Shown here: positions 54,584 to 64,000 of the stretch, piece by piece | How the letters are laid out: each line of letters starts with the position of its first letter | Numbering within the stretch: the first letter of the stretch is position 1 | From: Neocallimastix sp. 'constans' | Taxonomy: Eukaryota | Direction: 5' to 3' | NCBI GenBank assembly: GCA_050613775.1 | Contig: JBODTK010000123.1 | Coordinates: 310,001 to 374,000 of the forward strand | Length of the DNA stretch: 64,000 nt | Notes under the pieces: model-generated | What the model was told of the DNA's origin: nothing | The model's database searches: none | Seen by the model: the letters and a program-made list of their open reading frames with translations, nothing else | Made by a program: the position numbers and the translations under genes

Positions 54584-54960
54584 AATAATCGGATGAGGTT
54601 TCTATCCTGGGATATCATGAGACCACACGTGATGTCCATAAGGCTTTCCCTCAGATGATTATTTCACCCAACCCTGATACTACGCTTTGAATTGAAGCAT
54701 AGACCTTGATGATTGTAAAATTTCCAATCGCCAATGATTACACCCACTAGGGAGGAGTTAATGGTTCCGTTCTGATGCTCGTGGTCATTAGAGATATATG
54801 TAGGAACGTTAGGAATACATCTCCGGGCAGTGTGTAACGACGATTGAGAGCGGCGAAGCTGATACAGTATGCCAATAACTCATCACCTTACAGTTAATTA
54901 ATAACTGTATGGCCATATGGGAGATGGGTACCCATATGTGCAAGTCTATGTTTGTTTGTT
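54509..54960 (+). mobile_element. tRNA-derived SINE-like element (Pol III) with a 14-bp TSD
   Basis: tRNA-like head 54509-54583 with A box (TGGTCCAGTCGG) and B box (GGTTCGAATCC); unique GC-richer body; tail TGTTTGTTTGTT; direct repeat TTCCTTATTATTTA at 54495-54508 and 54961-54974. Confidence 0.8.
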
Positions 54961-55412
54961 TTCCTTATTATTTATTATTTATTATTTAATATTTATTATT
55001 CATTATTTATTATTTATTATTTATTATTCATTATTTATTACTTTTTATTTATTATTTATTATTGATTCCTTATTATTTATTATTTATTATTTAATATTTA
55101 TTATTCATTATTTATTATTTATTATTTATTATTCATTATTTATTATTTATTATTTATTACTTATTATTTATTACTTTTTATTTATTACTTTTTATTTATT
55201 ATTGATTGATTATTGACTATTTATTTATTTATTTTCTATTTAATTATTTATTATTTATTATTTATTTTTTATTGTTTATTGTTTATTGTTTATTATTTAT
55301 TATTTATTATTTATTATTTATTATTTATTATTTATTATTATTTATGATTTATTATTTATTATTTATTATTTATTACTTTTTATTTATTATTGATTGATTT
55401 ATTTATTATTTA

Positions 55413-55970
55413 TTATTTAATATATATTATTTATTATTTATTATTTAATATATATTATTTATTATTTATTATTTAATATATATTATTTATTATTTATTAT
55501 TTAATATATATTATTTATTATTTATTATTTAATATATATTATTTATTATTTATTATTTAATATATATTATTTATTATTTATTATTTAATATATATTATTT
55601 ATTATTTATTATTTAATATATATTATTTATTATTTATTATTTAATATATATTATTTATTATTTATTATTTAATATATATTATTTATTATTTATTATTTAA
55701 TATATATTATTTATTATTTATTATTTAATATATATTATTTATTATTTATTATTTAATATATATTATTTATTATTTATTATTTAATATATATTATTTATTA
55801 TTTATTATTTAATATATATTATTTATTATTTATTATTTAATATATATTATTTATTATTTATTATTTAATATATATTATTTATTATTTATTATTTAATATA
55901 TATTATTTATTATTTATTATTTAATATATATTATTTATTATTTATTATTTAATATATATTATTTATTATT
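55413..55970. repeat. 28-bp minisatellite (tatatattatttattatttattatttaa), about 20 copies
   Basis: The exact 28-bp period checks out: unit starts at 55421, 55449 and 55561. Confidence 0.92.
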
Positions 55971-57359
55971 TATTATTTATTATTTATTATTTATTACTTT
56001 TTATTTATTATATATTATTTATTATTTATTACTTTTTATTTATTATTGATTGATTATTGATTATTTATTTATTTATTTTCTATTTAATTATTTATTATCT
56101 ATTATTTATTATTTATTATTTATTGATTATTGATTATATATTTATTTATTTATTATTTATTATTTATTATTTATTATTTATTATTTATTATTTATTATTT
56201 ATTATTTATTATTTATTATTTATTATTTATTATTTATTATTTAAGATGTTGCTTTTTCAGTATCCTTTTTATGAAACGTTTTAGCAAATTTTATTAAAAA
56301 TAAATTATCCAAAAAAAAATCTACATATTAAACATTATTGCACTATATATTATATATTAAAGTTTTATATATTACATATAAATACATACAGTATAAAACT
56401 TTAATATTTATAATGCATGTCTTATAATACATGTTAATATATTGCATAAATACAAGATAATAATAATAATAATATATAAGATTTTTTTAATTTAATATTA
56501 ATTTTTTGGTATAAAAAAAATATTATCAAAAGTACCAAAGAAATTTTCATCAGACTATATTTAGCGTATTTAATATGTTAAAAATCATTTCCTTAATTAG
56601 TATTCAAAGGTGTGATTAAAATAAACAATTTTTAAAACAAAGTTAAAATTATATTACAAAGAAATTAACTTTTTTTTTTTTTTTTGATACTGGAATTAGA
56701 GTAATAAGAGGAAAAAAATTATATAGTTAAATGAAGTATTAAAATTGTTTTATCAAAAATCATTAATGTGATATTATAATTTAATTATTTTTCCTGTATT
56801 ATCAAGAACTTGAATAATTTAATTTTGTAATATTAATTATAATAATGATATTACAATTTTTTTTTTTTTGATTATTTTTATTTTTTATTTAATGTTTACT
56901 ATTTATTATTTATTATTTATTATTTATTATTTATTATTCATTATTTATTATTTATTATTTATTATTTATTATTTATTATTCATTATTCATTATTTATTAT
57001 TTATTATTTATTATTTATTATTTATTATTTATTATTTATTATTTATTATTCATTTATTTATTATTTATTATTCAATTATTTACTATTTATTATTTATTAT
57101 TCAATTATTTATTGTTTATTATTTATTATTTATTATATTATTTTATTTTATTAATAAATATTGATTATGCTAGTTTTTTTTTATTGAATCATATTCTTTA
57201 TTGATCCATTTTTGTTTATAAATAATAGCCACTAATAATAACCAATGAAACGCGTGAAAAATAACATAATAACATGTAAATTTTAAATTAAAATTTAATT
57301 AAAAAAAATTTTTTTAATATCCACCATTTAAACTTTTTAAATTTTATTTTAATATGGAA

Positions 57360-57720
57360 TTAAATTCTAACAGGATATTACAGATTACACTTCATTATTC
57401 TGCTAGTTTAAACAATTCTATCATGACATATGATTTACCTATAATACAAATATAAATATTATAAATATTGAAGGAAAATCAGCATCTGATATAGCTATAA
57501 AATTAAAAAGTAAATACCATCTTAGACATCTTAAAAAATAATTTTTCTTCTGATATAATTAATATATTAATAGATAATCAAAATCCAAAGATATAGTATA
57601 TTCATAATAAATATATAGATAAGCATTATTATAATATATCTAATTACAATTTCCATTTTGAATTGGCTAAAGCATTAAATGAGTATCAGAATGATTTATA
57701 AATGATATAATAAATGATTT
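57360..57720 (+). pseudogene. Decayed ankyrin-repeat fragment
   Basis: DYTSL...NTNINIINIEGKSASDIAIKL and SSDIINILID, with stops. Confidence 0.4.
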
Positions 57721-58989
57721 AATTTAATTTTAAACCTAATATAAAGTTTTAAAAGAAGAAATATCAAATACAATAGGTAGAAATTAAGGAATAACCATAT
57801 ATTTGATATAATTTAAAATTATTATTAAAAACAATTCTATTTATGTATAATAAAGTTTTTTAATATATATGAATGTAATATTTATAATAAAAATAAATTA
57901 AATTTTAAATAAATTATTATCAATAATTTGTTTAAGTTATAAATGGAAATGTATATATTTCAAATATTTTATTATAAAAAATTTTTATAATAAATCAATC
58001 CTATAATTTTTATATTATATTAACATTTTAATAGAAATTTAAAACTAATAATAATAATAATAATAAAGCTATTTTTTTTAAGTAAATTTTTATAAATAAT
58101 AATAAATAAAATTTTACATATAATGTTTTTTTAAAAAAAGAAAATTATAATTCTGATATTATTTCTTTTATGAGAATATATTCATATAAATTACAATATT
58201 TTATGTTGAATATTTATGTAATAAATTTTTTCTAACTTGTTTTTTTTTTATTATTTTATTGTATATATTAATGTAACTAGTCTTCTTTAATTTCATAAAA
58301 ATTATATATAAACTCCAATGGCAACTTCATTTTTTTCAATTAATGGTATATTATATGGTTTATTAAATTCATTGTTGACACTCAATAAATCTGATTTTTT
58401 TTAATAAATTCACAAAAACTTCTTTTCATTTACTTTTTATAATATATATTTGGTAATTAGTCTTATGAGATAATTTCAATTTATTATTTATTATATCAAT
58501 TATACATATAATAATAGTAATATAATTGTTTTATTGAGAATTATGTAAATATGTGCATAAAAATAATTATTACTAAAAAAACGTTATTAAATATATTAAA
58601 TATTACTAATATATTATAAAAATTGCTATGTTGTTGTTTTTTCCGTATTATCATTTTCTTGTTCATAATTTATAATTATAATAGTTCCTTGTGTAAATTA
58701 CAAATTTTAATTGAATTTCAGTATCTTTTTCAATATCACATAAATATAAGCCCAAATTCTCTATATTTTTTTACTATTTTCATTATTATTTTCATTGTTT
58801 ATCATTAATTTCCTTATTGTTATAAAAAAAATGATGATGCATGAAGTTAAATAATGAAATAAAATTAGTATAAATTATAACAATAATTTCCCTAGGATAA
58901 TCATAAAATAAAAAAAAAAATTAAAAAAGTTTTATTTTTTTTTTTTAATAATTACCATAAATAATTATTATCTATTAATTCAAAACTGA

Positions 58990-59824
58990 ATTATTCTCCA
59001 TGAATTTTTACCAATTTTCTATTTTCTATTCATAATACCTTTTTAGTAATAACAGTATTATTGATATCTTCATCATCTAATATATTATTTAATTTATCCA
59101 TATAACAATCTAATGGAAAATTAGATATAATAAAAATATAAATAAAAATAATTATAATAATAAGAAAATAAAAAAATTATTAAATAAATAAGTAAATAAT
59201 ATCATATGAAACTATATTTTTGTTTAGAAATGAATCATTTACGCTTTGGACTGTCTTTTTCATCTTCTAATCTTTTCTTTTCTTCATTTAATTTTTTTTT
59301 CTTCCTTTATTGTTCTTTCTTTCTATAATAAGAATATAATAGAATACAATAGGTGTAATCAATTCTTTGTTTTGTCAATTTTATTTTTTGGTATCATAAT
59401 CATTCTTTTTCTTCTCTTTCTTTTCTTTCTTTCCTTTCCTTTTCCTCTCTTTCCTTTCTTTCTCTTCTTATTTTTCTATTCTCCCTTTTTCTTCTCTTTT
59501 TCTTCTCTCTTTTTCTTCTCCCTTTTTATTCTTCCATTTTTATTCTTCCATTTTTCCTTTTTCTTTTCCTTTGATATAGATTGATTGAACCGTTTTATTA
59601 AATGAATCTTCAAATTTGTTACATTGTTTACATCTAAAAATATAATTTATATCCTCACATTTGACTAATATTTAATATAATGCAATTCTATTTAATATAA
59701 ATAGAATATATTAAATTGTCAATTGAAACTAGTATTTTTTAAATTTAATTATTCATAATTATTTATTATTCACGATTTCCCTTAATCAAGGACAACCTAT
59801 CGTTTTAAAAATTTTAAACACCAT
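58990..59824 (-). pseudogene. Decayed Lys/Glu-rich coding remnant of unknown family
   Basis: Purine-rich, codon-like sequence on the minus strand (CEDINYIFRCKQCNK...GKEKGKMEE*KWKNKKEKKKREEKE) with in-frame stops. Confidence 0.35.
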
Positions 59825-60268
59825 TTATTTAAATTTTTTTTTTATTTCTGATTTCTGGATTAACTTCTAAAATTGAATCATTTAAAATATCAAGAATACT
59901 CGTATATATTCTTTTTTTTTATTATTTTTTTCTTTTAAATTAAAAAAAGCTCTTACTTTAAATGACTATTTATATATATATATATAATATAATAATAAAT
60001 CAAAGTAAAATAAAACATTTATTAATTCATAAAAAAAGTTCCTTAATATCCTTCTTCCAATTCTTTTTTTTTTTTTTTTTTTTTTTTTTTTCATTATCAA
60101 ATTCCATTTTATTTTTATTAATTTTTATTATTAATTTAAAATATATATATATATTAAGAATTTTATTTTTTAATAATTAATAAATTTTGTTAGTATTGTA
60201 TGAACTATAAATATTTAATATTGCAGTTTACTTACAATAATTGCTTTATAATTGAAATCATTATTTAC

Positions 60269-60299
<31 letters not shown>

Positions 60300-61394
60300 A
60301 ATAATATATATATATATTACATAATAGTTGTAACTTTTTTCTTTTTTAAATTTTACATTAGTTTCTTTATAAACTTTAGAATAATTATTAAAAAAAAAAC
60401 TGAATATAAGACTTCTTTCCAAAATATTTTTTTTTTAAATCTTCCATTTAATTATTTAAAAATATAGCCTACCAAAAAAAAAAATTCCTTTTAAGTATCT
60501 TTTAATATAAAATACAAAAAAAAAAAAAAAATAGTAATAATAATAATAATAATAATATAATATTTAATTTAAAAAAAAAATATCATTTAAATTATTAAAA
60601 AAAAAAAAAAGATAAAAAATAGATTTATACATATATATATTTATATATATTTGGGACATATAAAAAAAATTACTTTAGTAATGAGATGGTTATGTCAAAT
60701 AATGATGTTGATGAAATAAGATTTCTGCTCAGTACAATTATTATACAAATAATTTTTTAATCCTAAATTATTATTTTATACTAAAAGACATTCCTTTCAA
60801 TTACTTTCAAATTTAATAAAATTTATAAAACATCTAGCTGTTATTTCTAAAAATAGTATTATTTTTATGAGCATAACCAATTAATAATTTAAGTATTATA
60901 GTTTTATTATAGTTATCATTTCTAATTCCCCATTAAATATCTTATTTTTTTTTACTATATTTATTCCAAAATAATACTATATTTTCAAAATAAAATAAAA
61001 CTAAATTACTTTTGAAATATGTAATTCATATTATTAATGAAATATATTATATTAATTAATTAAAGAAATAATTCATATGAAAACAAATTGCCTACTTTAT
61101 CTATTAGATAATATAATTTAAAACTAATAAAGAGTATAAGAGAAATTACCTTTATTATATCAAAAAAAATTAGTATTAAAAAATATGTCATAATATGATC
61201 AAGACTTCTATTTAAGCATATTAGTAGTATATTTTCCAAATCAAGGAAAAAAGGAATTACAAAAAAAATGATAAAATAATTAAAAAAAATTATTAAAGAA
61301 GGATTACTATTGTTACTATTAATATCAGTAGTAATAAAAATAATAGCAGCAATAATGATAGTGCTAATTTTAATGAGTCTCTATTTTATCTTTC

Positions 61395-61434
<40 letters not shown>

Positions 61435-61439
61435 TTAAT

Positions 61440-61995
61440 TGAGTATTTAATAAATAAATCGGTTGATTTGAATATAACCAAAAATCAATGATAATAGATA
61501 ATAACAGTGAAACAGAATTAAAGGATAATTCCTAATACTTTATTTCATCTAATAGCTACAATATCAAAACACTAGAAACAGTAGATTCTCATATTCAAAA
61601 CAGAATAGATGTCAGTATTATAGATAATAATAATGAAACAGTATTAACAAAAGAATGTCATTAGTATGATATTTACAGAAATGAAGAATTAAAAATTATC
61701 AAATAATTAATTCAAAATAAAAAGAATATCAATATTATTAATAATGCAGGCTATTCAGCATTAACAATAGCTACATATAAAGGCCATTTTAAAATAGTTC
61801 AGCTTTTAATTTAAAATAAGCAAATATCAGTATTCTTGATATATATATATATATATTATTAAAAAAAAAAAATTAATTCATTATTAATGATCTTCAGTCT
61901 TCAAAATAAAAAAATACAAAGTAAATATTTAATTGAAAAAGGATCAAAAGTTGACTTAAAAAATAATAAAATAAAATAAAATTGGGAACATAGCT
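61440..61995 (+). pseudogene. Ankyrin-repeat pseudogene
   Basis: IDVSIIDNNNETVLTKECH*, NINIINNAGYSALTIATYKGHFKIVQLLI*, VKYLIEKGSKVDLKN; stops and frameshifts. Confidence 0.7.
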
Positions 61996-62632
61996 GTGAA
62001 TATATTACTTTAAAGTAATTACCCATTTACCAGTCACAATTTAACTAAAAATATTAACAACAAAGAGATGAAAATAAAAATAAAAAAAATTTTCTGTAAC
62101 TTTGAAATTTTATTAAAACTTTAAATAAAATAAAATAATATGGTTATACTATATCTAAATAAAAAAACAAAAAAAAAATTAAAAAGATTAATTAAATTCA
62201 TAAATCATAAAAATATTTATTTTTATTTATTATTATTTTATTTTTATTAATTAAAGAACAATCTTTTATTAATATGAAATGCATTATATTATTCTTTTTT
62301 CTTTATAAATGAAAATTTATTAGAAAAAAAAATTTTTTTATTAACTATAATATTTTTTTTCCGTTAAATTAAATAAATTTAATATTTCACCTCGAAAATT
62401 TTGAACTTTATTTAATATTTGATTGGATAAAAATAATAAATTAATTTCTGTATTAAAGACGAAAAAAAATTTTATTTTTAAATATATATTACATCTTTCA
62501 ATTTTAATTTATTTGATTAAAATATATACAATTTTACATATTTTTATTTTTATTTTTATTTTTATTTTTGATACTTTAACTAATTTAAATAAATTATTAT
62601 TTTATATAAAAAAAAATAATATAATATATAAA

Positions 62633-64000
62633 ATGTTAAGCTTACTTGGAATTTCAGGTTCGAAATCATTTTTTAAAATATAATATCATAGATATAAACA
62701 TTTTTTTAAAGATTTTGTGGTATAAAATCTGCAATATAATAAACTAACAATTATAGGTATCTTCATTGTAATATATATAATGAAGATACCAATAATTGAT
62801 AGTTTTTTTATTTCTATTTTCTTTTCGAAGCATTGTATGTAAATTGATTAATACAATCTTTGAATTGAAAATTAATATTTAAAATATTATAATAAATAAT
62901 GGATTTCATTATATCATTTTTCCTTTTTTTTAAAAAAAAAAAAAAAAAAAGATGATATTATATTATTACATTATTTCTCGTTTTTTCTTTTTCTTATTAA
63001 TATATATATATTCTTATTAATATAAATATTGTCGAAAAATCATAAATTAATACCTACATTAAAAATAAATACTTCAATTAATAATTAATATATTTTTTTT
63101 AATGAAATTTTAAACTATATTCATAACCTATTATTGAATAATATTTTCTAAACAGCTAAATCAGCTTTAATTAAGAACAATTTATTAAGTTCAGTTGCCT
63201 CTCCACTTATTTCCCAATGCAAAAATAATTCAACTTTATCAAGAAAATACATTAAAAGAAGAGCTTTATTTAATGGTATAACCATAGCTTTTAGTCTAAT
63301 CAATTAATCCTTTTTAAAACTATATAATATACAGTATTTTTTTTCTAACAAGATAAATTATTAACTTTTTATATAAATAATATATAATTACATTTTTTTT
63401 CTTACTTATATATATATTTTTTAATGCATTATGGATAATATAACGAAATTTTAAAAAAATAAATAAATAAATAAATGAAATGAAATAAAATAAAATCATT
63501 TTATACTTTAAAAATAAAATTATATATATTTTTATAAATTATTTTCTATAAACAGTTCCAGGTAAAAACAATATTGCTTATTATTTATAAAATATTTAAT
63601 TATTTTCTTAATAGAATAATATTATGAAACCAGTCTTACTCTGTATTAAAGCAACCTTTTTTTTTATTTTTATTTTCTACTTCTTTTTTTTATTCTAAAT
63701 GGAAAAAAAATTCTTAAAAAAATTTAAAGGTAGTGAAGATAGAAAACTTTTAGCTTCATTAAGAACTAATGCTGATAGTATTGTCTTTGATTTAGAAGAT
63801 GGTGTTGCTTATAATAGAAAAAAGGAAGCTAGAGTTAAAGTTTTCAATGCTCTTGAAGTTAGTATAATATATATATATATATTTTATTTTTTTTTTTTAA
63901 AAAAAAAATTTTATATATTATTAAATTTATTAATTACTCCATATTATTAATAATTTTTCTTTGAATTATGGCTATGTATTATATTTTAATAATATATATC
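62633..64000 (+). CDS. Citrate lyase beta-like (CitE/CLYBL, HpcH/HpaI aldolase family) protein with an organellar presequence; 3' end beyond the window
   Basis: Exons 62633-62657, 63156-63275, 63556-63561 (6 nt) and 63730-63857 give MLSLLGISAKSALIKNNLLSSVASPLISQCKNNSTLSRKYIKRRALFNVPGSEDRKLLASLRTNADSIVFDLEDGVAYNRKKEAR. RRxLxxVPG and DLEDGV are CitE/CLYBL hallmarks. Confidence 0.88.

Larger units (their letters stand above)
53335..57160. repeat. Region dominated by degenerate (TTATTTA)n heptamer arrays
   Basis: Blocks at ~53335-54080, 54961-56245 and 56880-57160. These produce the spurious YYLLFII ORFs. Confidence 0.85.

Noticed and set aside
54461..54658. 65-aa ORF across the tRNA-like head
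   Set aside because: Better explained by the RNA structure; it has a non-ATG start in low-complexity DNA.
54664..54678. CACCCAACCCTG as a telomerase RNA template
   Set aside because: It does not match the CTAACCCTAA template expected for TTAGGG, the host telomere repeat cannot be seen here, and the TSD favours a mobile insertion.
54825..54872. Group I intron R/S-like strings (GTGTAACGACGA; GATACAGTATG) and HDV-like GGCGAA
   Set aside because: The P7 strands do not pair and the HDV helix order cannot be built.
55413..55970. Regular 28-bp period as a CRISPR-like array
   Set aside because: Pure tandem repeats without unique spacers, and no cas genes.

Overview
Extremely AT-rich, intron-rich eukaryotic DNA with many microsatellites. 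The gene content (axonemal dynein, a sugar-binding-protein/7TM receptor fusion, ankyrin expansions, an enzyme with a hydrogenosome-type presequence) points to an anaerobic gut fungus (Neocallimastigomycota); this assignment is inferred. Spliced genes supported by eye: DNAH1-like inner-arm dynein (runs off the left end), BORCS6-like, MYG1, a P4-ATPase flippase, an SBP-GPCR, a PX-BAR sorting nexin, a PH-domain protein, a low-complexity protein and a CitE/CLYBL-like gene (runs off the right end). There is also a single-exon ankyrin protein. Three accessory items stand out. (1) A 452-bp GC-richer element at 54509-54960 has a tRNA-like head with encoded CCA and a shrunken anticodon loop, a highly structured body with no T4 run, a (GTTT)n tail and a perfect 14-bp target-site duplication; it looks like a young tRNA-derived SINE or mobile structured RNA. 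(2) A decayed bacterial TraA/RecD2-type helicase fragment lies in tandem with an LRR pseudogene, abutting a decayed Ty1/copia element (23.4-27.6 kb). (3) The CitE-like gene has a long intronic hairpin and a 6-nt microexon. All structures and homologies were read manually; no searches or folding programs were run.
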